Shown: in pieces, positions 37,601 through 52,600 of the stretch
How positions within the stretch are numbered: the stretch's first letter is position 1
How the letters are laid out: every line of letters starts with the position of its first letter
The notes under the pieces: model-generated
The model's database searches: none
Told to the model about the DNA's origin: nothing
What the model saw: the letters and a program-made list of their open reading frames with translations, nothing else
Assembly (NCBI GenBank): GCA_051362555.1
Contig: CM120649.1
Span: 7,502,001-7,566,000 of the forward strand
Direction of reading: 5' to 3'
DNA from: Lingula anatina
Lineage: Eukaryota > Animalia > Brachiopoda
Length of the DNA stretch: 64,000 nucleotides
Translations under genes and position numbers: made by a program

Positions 37601-40600
37601 TTTTTAGAATCTTTCATAGAAACAACTGCATATTCCTCACACTAATGCAATTTTTGGAATAACTTGAAAGATGATTTGAAACAGGATACAGCAACAGAAT
37701 TTGACAAGACTAAGGAAAAATACCCTTCTCGTGCAACCTAAGAAATAGATCCCGACTGAAAAATCATTTAGGTATTCAACAGGTTGGATACTCTTTAAAC
37801 AATTTACATCACTTAAAAGCCAACAATGCCATATATTTGTGTAAATTATATATCAGAACATAAGACATTTGGTTCTAAGCAAAGATTTTTATTATAATTA
37901 CAAGTTGAGCTAAGCCCTAGCATATATTCCATACAAAGTCAAAAAAAGTGCCAATAACAAAACAGTCTGTGATCAAATTCTCCCAACCCACATTAACAAA
38001 AATCAGTGCTTCGGGGTTGGGAGATTACATTCATTTCTACATACTTAACAACAAATTCCAACCTTTTGGAAATAAAACAATTGTACTTGGCTGGACATAA
38101 AAGTGCACCATATCTACCTCCAGACAAAAATTTCTCAGCAGAGTTCTGAGCCCCTGCAGTAATGGGACAGTGTGTTAGGTGAGACCGAAAATGTAACAAC
38201 GCAATCCTCACTTCAGTTACACTGGCGCCCCAAGTCCCTTACTACTACAGATTTCATCAATACTGACACATTAAATACATGAAAAGAAATAAACCTTGTT
38301 AACAATTTATCACATTTGCTTAATCGAACTATGGGCCCATTCAGAACCAGTTGGTTCGTGGACTAACTAGTCTGTGGATCAAATATGGCGCCACCCACTT
38401 AAAAGCATGCCAAGATTTCATTGCTCTGCCTCTGCTAGAACATCGTGCATGGGAGGCTAGAATCCATTGTTAAATGTGCACCGTGGACAAGTTAATCCAA
38501 AGTTCAACTGGTTATGAAGAAGCCCTATGTGTACACCTCCTAACCAGTGTTACATTACTGGAGTTGAATTTTCCCGTCAACTCCACTTTGACACACTATC
38601 TATGGCACAATCCTATCTTTACATATCAACAAAATCACTGGTAACTCCTGGTAGAGAAAGTAAAATACACATTCACACTATTAAATCACATCTCAAAGTG
38701 CCCCAAATAGAAAAGAACTGTTTAACTTTTCCCATCTAAAAAATAATAATGTCAACACATGATGAGAGGCAATGAAAGCCATTCATATGTTTATATTCCT
38801 AATGTAAAAAACATCAATGATCAATCTTAAATTCAACCTGATTACAAATCAAAACCATGTGATCAACACATTACTTGACCTTGACCTACATAAATGTCAA
38901 ATTTGTAAAATAACATCATGAACCACAAACTGTAAGTTGAACTTGGCCAAGATAAAATGAAGTCTGTCATAATGATGTCTAGATACACAGATATGTCAAC
39001 TTAATTAAGGCTAAATAAAACCATCCCCAATGATTATCATCTTAATTATAATATTGATAAATACTTAAATCAGAATGAATACTTCCATAAAACTTCTTGA
39101 CACACACATACTTGTGTCTTAGCTCCTCAATTCAAGGCAGATTAGCGCACAACTGTAGAACACTTTTCAAGCAAGCATGTGCAGCGTGGTTGTGATAGCT
39201 AATTAGGTGGTCCAACAAAGCCATGAGCTAGAACCACATGTTAACTGAGGATATGTGAGAGCCCGGTGTGACAATGTCTGACTTTGACAGAAGTGCATCA
39301 ACGTCTTACTGTGACACTATCTCCACTATGACAGTGTGCACGTGTGTGTCACACTGACTATCAACTCATGGCCAATGAACACGGCATAAATAAAGCTAAG
39401 TTCATCATGGAAATCATCACAAACAAGGCTCCCATCTCTTGGATAATATTGCTGCTTGTTATAGTGCAAATAAAAAACAAAAAGTTTAAAGCAAACAAAA
39501 AGGCTTTTATCCAAAAAAAAAAAATTGCTTAAGTTGACTTGTGGCAGCTGCTGCTCAACAATTGAGATCAAAACAATTCACTAGGGGGAGCCACAGCTGA
39601 CACTGTTGTCATGGTGATACACTGCTTTCAACAAAACATGAAAAAAAAAAACATTGGCCAACTTCCCCCATTCAACTAAATAAAAACAATCTAGAACAAA
39701 AATGCTTGACATTATCTTAAGAGGCTATTTTTAGGCAGTAAGTAAAACAGTAAATGTTCAGACATTTTGTTTTGAAATTACGCATATAAAGTGTTAGTAA
39801 ATTGGATGTGAAAGTTCCAACTGCTAGTTAGGTGTGGCAGTGAGTTAGTTAAGGCAGTGCGCTAGACATAGCAGTGTGTTAATTGTGGCAGTGTGTTAGA
39901 TAAGACCATTGTGAAAATGTGTAATTGGATGTCATTTCATGTCCTGATATTAAATAAACTCAGAGCTAAACAACTACATAAATTTATACTCATCAATCTA
40001 TACTCATCTTTAATACAAAAATTAAACTGTAAAAATATCCTTTAATACCTGCCAGCGGTAACCAAATGTTACAAGCAGAAGCATGGCTTCTTTTACAGGC
40101 AACAACTTCTATTAAAAGAAGAAATTCAAATGCCAATTATCTCATAGTTATGGTCATTTCTTGTGTTTTTTTTTCAAACTGACAATGTGTTAGACATGAC
40201 AATGGATCTAAACTTTTCTCAATTTAATCACAAAAATTGTCTAAATCTATATATTGACTGCAAACGCCTTTGAGAAATAGCAAGTTAAGACTGAAGACAA
40301 TTCTAAGTTATCTGACAACACCAATCACTGTTTAAGTGAAAATCAACATCATGTAGAAACCAGTGCTAGGCAGGGTGACTATATGCCACAGAATTTTTTC
40401 TTTAACTAAAGAAATTAATCAAATGTAACAAAATACCTTCCATTGTTGACTTCTGAAAACTACTATTGCATGTCAAAATCTTCATTTCCCTAAATTATTG
40501 TAGCCTACAAAGACTACCAACCCCAGATGCACTGGTGCTTACATGGAGTTGTTACCTTGATTACCAACATACACTGACGCTGTGTTTCCACTCAAATTGG

Positions 40601-43600
40601 GCTGACCTTACTTAGAGCTACCATCTCACCGGCACCTGACTGACTATGAAGTCAAAGGGTAGGTCAACCTTTCCATGAACTGCCTGTTGTTAAAGGCTGG
40701 CAAAGTCTAAGTTAGGTCAAACCAATGTGAATGGAAACAACACAGAAACAGCTACCAATAACAAAACAACTGTTACTATAATCCTACATGGTGTAAGTGA
40801 TATTATAACTGATAGATGGCGTTAGTTACACCCAGACTGCTTCACTGCACTTGTACTGACATCGTATACCTCTACAGACCCAGGCTGCTGAGCAACAAAA
40901 TATAGACACAGTGCTGGTTAAGAAACGTGAGCCTGATATACATGACAATCTCAGAGATCCTGCTGTCTATAGAGATCAGTCTGGGAACTCATGAAACCAA
41001 AAACTATAGTGAGCTCAACTCCATCACATTAAGTGATAGGAAACAATGTCAACATAACTTATATCTGATGCTTAAAGTTTGAAACATTTTTTAAAAATAA
41101 TCTGCAACTGATAAATTTGGTGGTTTAACAGAAATAAAACAATGTATCTTATGTCCATAACAAAAATAATCCCACCATTGGCACATTACATAAGTTTGTC
41201 GATAAATACAGCAAATATTTACACTTTCAGAAAAATGCCAAACTGTCGAAAAATAATAACTCTTCAACAAATTTAATACTTTTGAGATGACCCCTACTTG
41301 TAGCCATTCCACATTTTGATAGACTAGTTCTATTACTGAGCAGAAAGGAAACATTCTCAAGTGGCTATATGTATTACAATCAGTGACGAGCTTTGAAAGC
41401 CATGCGTGATTTTTCACAACATTAAATTTAAATTATAACCTTACACACAAATATAAGAAATCAATAAGAAAGTCTACTGCATGCTATCATTGGTTATAGA
41501 TATCATGGGGTTCACAGTCTATCAAAATGCGAAATGACAATGATCTGGACTAGTTCATTGCGTTAGTTGTGACAGCGCAGGAGGTCACATTCTGGTAGTG
41601 ACAGGGAAAGCTACATGCTAGTGGGTTAATGGACACATTTAGATTGTGATGCTCCAATTTGACTGCTACCTGCGAGGCTGTTGTGATGGTGTGGTCTATG
41701 TTATATGTGGAGTGTGGCTGCCATGCTATGGTAGGATATGTGGCTGCTTTAGAAATGGTGGCTGAAAATACATTAGGTGTGACAGTGTGAATTGTGTTAG
41801 TTTTGGTTGTGTTGAGTATGTTAGGTGTGACAGCATTTATTGTGTTTGCATGAGTTGTGTTTAATATGTTAGTTGTGACCATGTCTCAGTTCATGGCTGT
41901 GTAAGGAGGTGGGGGCGGGGGTTCAGGGAGTCATGCTGGACTCTGTTAGTTATACTGGAGTACAAATCTTTCTGATGAACTGGTAAATAGAAAGATTTCA
42001 TGATATGATTTATACTTTGCATAATACCTATATAGAGATATGTATCTGATAATATCCATGCAATGCTTAAAACTGGTTTCTAAAATTACTCCATAAAATA
42101 GTTTTCACCACGTTAAGCAGTTTTCCAATTTTTTATCACAGCTACTGGTGAGCTACAGGATTATAGAAAGCCTCCAGAAAGTCAAGTAAAGTATACATAA
42201 TTTATTGTCTAAAACAGACCAATGGCTTTAAGCCTAAGAAATAACATGATATGAATATATGCTGGCTTGCACAGAGCCTTCACAACAGTGTATGCTATAT
42301 AGTAGCTGCAGCAGTCCTGTCCAGATTTGTCTATTTTTATAGATAGATAAAGAATTAGTAGAAATACACGTACATGGGTGTATGTAAATCTTATTTTGAA
42401 CTAACTCATGCTTTCACTTTTGGCAACAATATATTCCATTAATATTCATGTTGAGCAGTGAGCCAGCACTCTATTCCACTCTTTACAAGGAAATGTCTGT
42501 TTCTAATACCCAGCTAATCCTGGGATATATACAGCAGCATGCATCAGGGTAGTGTGGAGGTAAGCTAGTTGTCTATATGTTATGAATATATTCAGGCTTG
42601 AGGGAGGAGGGAGGGGGATGGTGTTCAGTGAGGTTTGGGTCAGGTGAGATATCTGCATTGTGTTGGGTGGGGAAGTTTGCAGTGTGTTGGGTGAGATATC
42701 CACATTGTTGGGTGAGATATCTGCATTGTGTTGGGTGAGGAAATCTGCAGTGTGTTGGGTGAGATATCCACATTGTTAGGTGAGATATCTGCATTGTGTT
42801 GGGTGAAGAAATCTGCAGTGTGTTGGGTGAAATATCCACATTGTTGGGTGAGATATCTGCATTGTGTTGGGTGAGATATCTGCATTGTGTTGCGGCGAGA
42901 TATCTGCATTGTGTCAGACTTGACAGTGTAATTGTGCTGGGTGTGACACACTAATTGTGTTGGGTGTGACACTAATTTTGTTCTGTGTGATGCAACATTC
43001 CCCATGCTGGGTGTTAAATACAAACTTCATTGTCATGTTGTGTGTGTATAGAGAGACACTGTTACAAGTACGAGAGGAAAGGGTATTCTTGTAAGAAGCC
43101 ATGCACATCAAGTATCACCTAATCTACACTATAAAAGCACTGGTACCCTTGTTATATATAATACTGCTCAGGTATTGCTGTGGGGACACTAGTTACCTTT
43201 AATTCAAATACTGCTCTGGGAAGTTTTTATCAATACATATCACTTCATAGATAGCCAGAGAGAATAATTTTCATTGAACACAACCAATCTAAAAATTGTA
43301 ACTGAAAATGCACTTGATAGAAAGAAAACTTCACATTTTCTGTCAAAACACTACAAACCAAGATGTGGCAACAGCAAAAAAATACCAAATAACTAAAATA
43401 TAATGCATCAAAACAAAATGTGTAAACTTAAACTAAATGCAAACTTCTCTGCCAAACCAACTTCTACTGTGAAACTACTGGCCTCTGTGTATACCAATCA
43501 CTATACTGCTCATATCTCTGTATATACCAATCACTATACTGCTCATATCTCTGTATATACCAATCACTATACTGCTCATATATCTGTATATACCAATCAC

Positions 43601-46600
43601 TATACTGCCCATATCTCTGTATATACCAATCACTATACTGTCCATATCTCTGTATATACCAATCACTATACTGTCCATATCTCTGTATATACCAATCACT
43701 ATACTGTCCATATATCTGTATATACCAATCACTATACTGTCCATATTTCTGTATATACCAATCACTATACTGTCCATATTTCTGTATATACCAATCACTA
43801 TACTGTCCATATCTCTGTATATAACAATCACTATACTGTCCATATATCTGTATATACCAATCACTATACTGTCTATATCTCTGTATATACCAGTCACTAT
43901 ACTACCTAGACACTATATACCAGGAGTTCCCCTCAAGTTCTTTTCCTAGACCTCATTCCTCATATCTCTGTGTATCACCCAAACTCGGTATGGGACCAAT
44001 CCTAAATCTCCACCCAAAAGACAGTCCACTTGACGTACACACAACATGGCTTATCTCACAAAGTAGAGAGTTAGCTGAATTTTTAAACTTTAGCATAACT
44101 GCACAACATGCAGTGAAAAATTGTGTGAAACAAATACGAATGTAAATTAAAAAAATGTAACTTAAATTTGTACAAAATGTTGCAAATAAGTCGAGTCATG
44201 GAGAAATTATTGCCACTGTAGCCAATTACTTGCATAAAACATATGTAGATTTTCTCTAACCAGTGTTTTCTACTAGCACCTCTACTACACTACAGCAGTA
44301 AGTCGTTCAAAATGTCTGAGAATACATCTGGGAAACAAGTAAAAATAAAAAAAAGACCCCAAGTAAAAGAGGTTCACGTTTTCATAACATTGGAGGGCTA
44401 AGAGAAGACAGCTAACATCCCTTAACTAAATACAATGCTCTTTTCAAAGAAAGTTTATCTCCTGCATCTTAATTCTGACACAAATCAGTTTATATAGCTG
44501 GTCTGTTTTGGTTGATATCAATTGTAAATTCTGAAAATTATCAATCTATAGCAGGTCTGTTTTGACTGATGTTCATCATTAATTCTTCAAAAATGGAATG
44601 TAACAAGACGCCAAGAAAGCAGTCCAAATTCTGTTCCCTAAACCTACTTCTCCCCCTATATGTGCAGGTATGTATACACCCTTGCTATTCCTACTTCTAT
44701 ACCTACCTCTATATATGCCTGTATATACCACACACACACTCTATACCTAGCTAGCACCTAGTCATATTTGATTAATTGAAAAAAACAAACAAACAAAAAA
44801 ATTATATGATAAAATAGTTCAATATTAACCCAACCCCTTAACTGGGAGCAATAAGCTTCTAAAATTTTGCCACAATGCAAAAAATGCAGTGCCATTATTT
44901 CTACAATCTCAGTTTCAGAATTATGCAAGTCATCATTGCCTCGGCCTCAGCAGCTAACTGAGTCATTGTAACATTAAATACCAACTAATACAAGTCTAAT
45001 CTCTTTCTTAGCATAGCCTCTAAGTTAATTAGCCAATAGCATGCCCTTAACTATCACTTCCTCTGCTTCCACCATGGCCCAACTTAATATAGGCAATATG
45101 AAACCCAGTGAAGCTCTGTCCCTGTTGCATATATTATTCTTTCTATCGTGTCTGCATAAAAATCCATCTGAGTTGAGTGGTGCTAGTGAGCAGGTGAATG
45201 AAGTGGTCGAGTTGCTCAACTATATACTTATTGTGGTATATTCAAGTAATCTGATAGCATACTCTGTTCATATATATGTCTATATTCATACTACGTCATA
45301 TCATAGTAGGTAAGCTTAACAATTTCAATACGAGCGTAAACACTCTATCAAAATCCAGCAACCTCCTGAAGATAGTCTCCACTGTATGTATTGTCCTGTC
45401 ACTGTGTAGTTTTGCTCTTACTGCCACTGCCACCAGTGTAGAATGTGGTGAAAGACTCAGCATAGGGATTACTGAATACTTGGGCCTGTGTTGAATGATA
45501 CTGATCATCAGCGCCATCTTCAGGCAAGAACATGTCTTGGTCGTGCATTTCGACATGCGTGCGTGCCACCACCTTGTGTTCCGGTGACAGCTGTATACCT
45601 ACGATGTGGCGTGCAGTGCCAGGACTTCGTGGCTCAGTCGACACCATCTTCTCCTCACTGCCTTCATTCCTCGACCTCTGATCACCCTTGGTGACCCTCG
45701 TTTCTATGGCGTCAAGCTCCACACTGCTGGTCATAGGGTCAGTGGGACTGAGGCCCTCTAGGATGTCAAGATGGTCATGTTCTGGACTCTCCTCATGGGC
45801 AGCATCGCTGTCACTGGAGTGGTCATAGAATACCTCGCCCTCTATACTCTCATACTGGTCCTTCGTTCCATCACACTGGTCCTCTAAGTCTGGCTGAGGC
45901 GGCATCACCAGCTGCTGTTGTTGACCTAGCTGCATGTAGTAAACCCTCAGCTGACTATGGCCCTCCTCCTCCTCTTCTTCCTCCTCCCTCTCAAGTAAAT
46001 ACTGGTTCTCTATAATCTCCACCTTCTCCATAAACCTCAACTCCTTCTCTTCCACCTTTTCTCCTTCCTCCTCGCTATCACTATCTGAGCTAGAGGAGGT
46101 CTCCGTGGTGACACTGCTGTGTTTCTCTGCACTGCTTTCACGTATGAACAGCGGTTCTGGAGACGCCTCGTGAGGGGACTGGTCTGAGCTATCACTGGAC
46201 GAGGAGGAGGAGAAGGAGTCTTTCCTCCCTGGAGCTGCCTCCATCTTTGTGTCCGTGGTGACATCCTCTCTGCTGTCATCAAAGGAAGCTTGTGGACTTG
46301 ACTGTGTCACATACAGCTCAGGGGGTGGTGGTGGGGGTTCAGTGCTGCCCTCTACAGCTGGTTCAGACACTAACATCTCTGGTGGAGGTGGGGGCAATTC
46401 TGACTGTTTAAACTGTGTAGACAGCTCCTGCTCCTCCTGCTTCATGACCTCTGAGATGATTGTCATCAAGTCACTGCCTTCAGGGGGCACCGAGCCTGTC
46501 TCCATGATAACTGTCTTAGTAACCGTGGTGACAGAGCTCTGTCCTATTTCTTTAGTTACTGTGGTCTCCCTGGAAACCACAATCTCCAAGTCTTCATCAG

Positions 46601-49600
46601 AGCGGTCACTGTCTATAAGTGGCCGCTCCTCCTCTAGAGGTGGCATGTCCTCTCTGGTCGGCGTGGGCTGTGGGGTGGCCGCAATGATCTCTATGCTGGG
46701 TGGTTTGAATGTACTGAATGATGTGCTAGGCTGATGAGATGTCTCGTCTGATGATGAGGAGGAGGAAGAGGAGGCTCTGGAGCGTTGGTCCCCTGCCTCA
46801 GCTTCTCCCGCTGTGTCACTTGTCTCCACTGTCTTTGTGACTAGGTCTGCCTCCTTCAGGTCAGGGCTGGGCTGAACCAGCACAATATCTGGAGCCCTGA
46901 AGGAAGAGAACGTGACTGGTTTACGCTCATGCTCTGCTGGGTCAAACACATCTGAGGATTCGGACTCTTTCCTGGCCTTGTCCTCTTCTTCTCCTTTGTG
47001 CTTCAGGTGCTCCAAGATATCTTTCTCTAGGGAAGGACTGAGGGAGTCATCAGCGCTGGAGTAGCTGTTTTTAGGTGGCAGTTTGCTGATATGGACCACC
47101 TCTATTGGGGACCTGCGTGGTGACTTATCTACGGGGGACTTATCTGGGGAAGCATCCTGGCGCAGGATAGCAATGGTCTGCTCAAAGTGGGAAGGAGAGT
47201 CTGTCTGGATTGGAATGTGTAGAGGTGTGGGCTTTCCCTTCGACTGGGACTCTTTCTCGCCTGGTTTGAATGTCGACTTAGAGGAGTGGTTCTCCTTGTG
47301 TGCAGTCCCCCCTGGGGTGTGGTTTCCCTGGGTATTAGACCCTGGGGATGCCACCAGGACCTCATCATACCCCTCTCCCCCCTCTTCACTGACATGTCTG
47401 CGGTGTAACACATACTCTATCTCAGAGTTAATCTCCTGCTCACCCTCATCCTCACTCTCACTAGAAGAGGTGGACACTGACCGACTTCTAACCCCCCCTC
47501 CCAGCACAGCCCTGCCCCCCTCCCCACTCTCTACCTGTGTGTTTAGTTCACTCTCATCAATGTGTAATTCTATTTCAGTTTGAGGCTGTTTTATTACAGA
47601 GGGTTCTGTATTAGCAGGGGGCGAACCAGGAATTATGACATCATTGTCATTTGCATTTTGATCGGCTGCTAAGCCATTTGTTTGCTCTGTCTGTCTAAAC
47701 TGATCTGTTCTACTAGTTTCTACCGTGTGTTCTACCGTTCCATTGCACTCGGTTCTGTCTGGGTGCGGCGCCGAGCCAGGGGGCACCGCGCCCTCAGAGG
47801 CGGGACTTAACTCGTTACTTGGGGAACGTAAAGAATGGCTACCTGATTGTGAGCTGTCATCGTGCACTTCTGCCGTCTCCACGCGTGTGGACGCATTCAG
47901 GTTGTGGTTTGATATGTCTAGGACGTGCGAACCACTGGAAGCTGACGCGGCAGAGCTCATACCGCCACGGCTGTAGTTCAGGTCACGTGAGTTCATGGTA
48001 CTGGTGGTGGGCGTGGCACCAACACTGCGAGTACTCCGCACACTGACTGTTCTGTAAGACAGAAAGAGGGGATATATTTCACCACCTCATAACATATATT
48101 ATGCCACGATGAAGTTTTGTTATAGACTAAGTAGAAATATTTCCTAAGGTTTTAGTGATAGAAGTGACTAACTTTGGAACAAAAATAGTGGTGAACGGCT
48201 ACGTTTCGCTGTTGTCACAAAAGCATCATCAGGCTTAATGCCACAGGAGGTTGCGTGTTGGTGGTCCTGTGAAAGATTCATTACTTATATTCTTCCAAAG
48301 TCAGTGAGTCTTATCACTAAACCCTCAGTAAATAACTATTCTTGAAACCATGAACACTCTTACTGATAAGCACAAATAGTGTTGAATCAGCAGAAAAAAC
48401 TGTTAACAAAGAAAGCACAGATGACCACAGCTGTGGGTAAGAATTGGTAAGCTACACAACTATTGAAATCCACTGACAAAACCTTTTTGACAAAACTTCT
48501 GAGGGATAAAATGGAATTTACAATGTCATGACTATAAGGTGAAAAATTAACTGAGCTGAGCAGTGGCTTAATGGGGATATTATTCTAGCTAAATAGGTAA
48601 GTCATTTTAGCCAAAAAAAAAAAAAAAGGAAGTTATTCTAGCCAAATAGGGATGTTATTCTAGCCAAATTGCGGAGTAACACTACAACAATAGCTGAATA
48701 ACAACACATTCTATTCAAAAAGGCAAGTTATTCTAGCCAAACAGGGGACTTTCTCTATCCAAAAAGGGAACTTATTCCTGCCAAAAAGTTTTTTTCTACA
48801 AAAATAGCAATATAAAGATATTACAGCTTTTTTGATTTAAGTAGAAAATGTTCAGTCAAAATCTACCATGATAGGTGCAGTCAGAAAATCATGCCCAAAC
48901 ATATGGCCACTTTGTGATAACAATATTTAAGAGTCTTCTAAATGCTGCAGGAATTCTTTAATGATAGGGAATTTTAGATTATTTTAATTGTGCACACAGA
49001 CGGCAAGTGGCAGAAAAAAAGCTGAAAATGTGTTCAGAAAAAATGGCCACTAAAACAGCCCAAAGCTACACACAAACCCACAATTCTATGGTATCACATA
49101 TAAACACAAATTATCCACAGGGCTGCCAAGTCTATTTCCTTCATTTTCAGGCACTTCACAACATTAATTTGAATACTTATATGGTACACAACAGATGAAC
49201 AAGCTTCTGTTTTGGCAACTCTGCATATTATACACATCATATTAAGATAAAAGTTTCAATTTCCATGAAGCAATTGAGAAAGAAATACTTGTACGTGTCA
49301 CAGAGATATATAATTAATAAAGAGATATTAAAGCTAAGATGAAGGCCATTAATTTCCCAACATCAAGTGAAACTGCACATCAAATCCTCCTCAAAACAAA
49401 TCAAAGTAGAAACTCCAGCAAGTATACTTACTTTCTGCACAACAATTAGCGGCAGAAAAATAATTAATACACCAATAAGATGCCGACAGAAGCCACAACA
49501 TAAACTTAATGCATGGTTAATGTTAGTGTGAATGTACTACTGTATGTATGTATCATTATGATGGTTTTGAAGCAAACAGTTTGTTGAGATCACATTATGA

Positions 49601-52600
49601 GTTATTGTTACTTCTGTACCATTACCATGACAACATGCTGGGATAGCACTAACACTTGTCAATTTAGCCAAATTCTAAAACTGACTTCAACTGGCTAAAC
49701 AAAATAGGGTTGATTAAATTGACTTGTTTCAGTCAAATTTAAACCATTTTGCCAAAAAGTAATGAAAAAGTAGTGATTTGACTGAGTGAAAAAAATTGCT
49801 AGCACCACCCCAGAGTTGATCATTCAAGGTGTGTGCTGTATATAGCAATAAGCAACCACAGGCAGTGATGTTATTTACCTCTCAAATGGCTCTCGTTTTA
49901 TGTAGTTCTCGCGGACATAGTCCAGGAGCTGTTTCTGGGTTTTACCACTGTACCTGTAGATTGAATAAACATATATCCCTTAAGAATAAGTCATTTAACA
50001 TGAAGGGCTTTCGAGACATTCTGGTATTGTTATCTTGGTTTACGATTAATAACCTTGATTTTTTCAATTATGGGCCCACGTGATATTTTGTTCAGTTTGT
50101 TCCTAATTTTGGCTTAATGCCATCTTGCTGTTTCTAATGGTCACTGACATAAATCCCTACTTGCACACGAGACTATGAGCATTTTGCAAGAGAACATTTT
50201 CCATTTATAAGATATGATACAAAACGAAAAACTCCTTAATGGCAAATAGTTCACAAATTCTGTTCTTTCAAACAAGTGACCATTGAAGTGTTCACTGAGG
50301 ACCACAGTGATTATCTTATTACAAAGCAATTCCTGATACTTTTATTCAAATTGAAGTTTGCAGCTTGATCAATGAAATGCTGTATACCATACCTAAATGA
50401 AGAACCTCTACTAATGACCCGCGTCTTATGTCTGGGTATGGTCCTCACTGACTGGCAGCGGAAGAAAGCATGGTGCTCGATACTCTTTTTCCAGAAATTC
50501 TTACATTCATCTCTGGAGTCAAAACAGAACTCTACTGTGTCCTTGTGATAGCCCTGGAGAGACAGGAAATATGGCAATATATTTATTAGACATCCGGGTG
50601 TTCCTGTACTATGACAATGTCAATGTTACACAATGTCAATATGACAGGTGTGACAGTGGTGAGTGTGTCAGATGTTAATGTAATTATGTTCAGTATTCCA
50701 AACAATCACTACTCACATATCCCTCAGGATGGAGTTTGATCAGAAACTTCCGTCTCTTAAAGCTTAGTTTGCGTATCTTGGCCCAGGAGAAGGTATTAAT
50801 CTTGGTGGAGTTCTGGAACACCATGATGCCCAGGTGGGCCACTGCCAAGTTCAGGGGAACACCTTCGTTGTCCTGGAAACAGCAAACACTGTCATTAGTC
50901 TTGGGGGGTTGGAGGGGGGGTGGTACAGATCTTTTTACTAAAACTGTCTAGGCAAAACAGTCAACTAACTATTGTCTGTTAAATGAATACAAAATGGTAG
51001 TACTGTAATGATATAAAACGCTGTATTGACAAGATGTCAGATGTAACTTTACCTTGGCTGGGTGCATGCGTAGTCCATACAGCTCCACTTTCCTGGCTGT
51101 GTCCAGCAGATTGAAGTCTGCCTCAGCTGGTGTTTGACCACTAGAAATATAGGTATTAACACTTCTTTAGTGAAACTCCAGCTGACTAAGTTTTTTCGTA
51201 CTTTCTTATATATGGAAAAAATCATCACCGAAAATTCAGCAGTTCAAAACTATACTATGGGATCTGTTCACAAAGTATTGTGAAGACACTGTGTCTGGTC
51301 TAGGAGTGAAATCTTAAAGCAGCCAAAAAACCAGACAGACCATTTCCCCATTCAAACCTCCCTTTAACTGCACGCATAATCCAATACAAGATAAAATATG
51401 AACAAGGGCAGCAGCTTTGTGTGGACGACTTTGTCTGCACTTAATTAGAAACTGGAGCCTCTCCAGTGCTCTGCCCCCCTCAGGGACCTAATCCGTGAAG
51501 TGATTACCTGCCTGACAGGTAATCAATATCCCAGGCAGCAGAAAAAGACAGCACAACTAGTGTTTTCACACCAGGATCAATAGTGTGTGAAAAACATAAC
51601 CAGACCTAGGTGCAGGAAAGTAGCACCAATGGCACAGAAGAAAGGTTTTCTAATAATTGGAGAGCAATGTTATATCGGCAGGACTAACACCATATCAATG
51701 TAAGTAATAACAGGGGAGCAATGTTATATCAGCGGGACAAACACCATATCAATGTAAGTAATAACAGGGGAGCAATGTTATATTAGCGGGACAAACACCA
51801 TATCAATGTAAGTAATAACAGGGGAGCAATGTTATATCAGCGGGACAAACACCATATCAATGTAAGTAATAACAGGGGAGCAATGTTATATCAGCAGGAC
51901 AAACACCATAACAATGTAAGTAATAACAGGGGAGCAATGTTATATCAGCGGGACACACACCATATCAATCTAAGTAATAACAGGGGAGCAATGTTATATC
52001 AGCGGGACAAACACCATATCAATGTAAGTAATAACAGGGGAGCAATGTTATCTCAGCGGGACACACACCATAACAATGTAAGTAATAACAGGGGAGCAAT
52101 GTTATATCAGCAGGACACACACCATATCAATCTAAGTAATAACAGGGGAGCAATGTTATCTCAGCGGGACACACACCATAATGTAAGTAATAACAGGGGA
52201 GCAATGTTATATCAGCAGGACACACACCATATCAATCTAAGTAATAACAGGGGAGCAATGTTATATCAGCGGGACAAACACCATATCAATGTAAGTAACT
52301 AGAGGATCAGAGAGGCGATACCGCCTCCGAATATTGTACCACCAGCTGGAGCAAGCGCATTCGTATAGACCCCCACATACACAAAATAAGGGACACAGCC
52401 ACCAGTTTTGTGCTTGACAAGCTGTAAAAATGCAATCAACAAGAATTTTTAAACTTTTGCAAAAAATATATATGTACAATCAAATTTAAGTTCTTCGTAA
52501 GATAGGTCAAGGGTCAATTTCAAGGTCACAGTAAATTGCCAGTATATGACTTCCTATTCAAGTTCAAGAGTAACTATGGACCTATCTCTGCCAGTTTTGG

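Noticed and set aside
43403-43909. 168-aa repeat ORF, and similar ORFs at 28410-28850 and 51829-52302
   Set aside because: Translations of 33-bp and 54-bp minisatellites, open on both strands, with no splice or start context
46249-47583. Plus-strand ORFs of 161 and 166 aa
   Set aside because: Antisense shadows of the FARP giant exon
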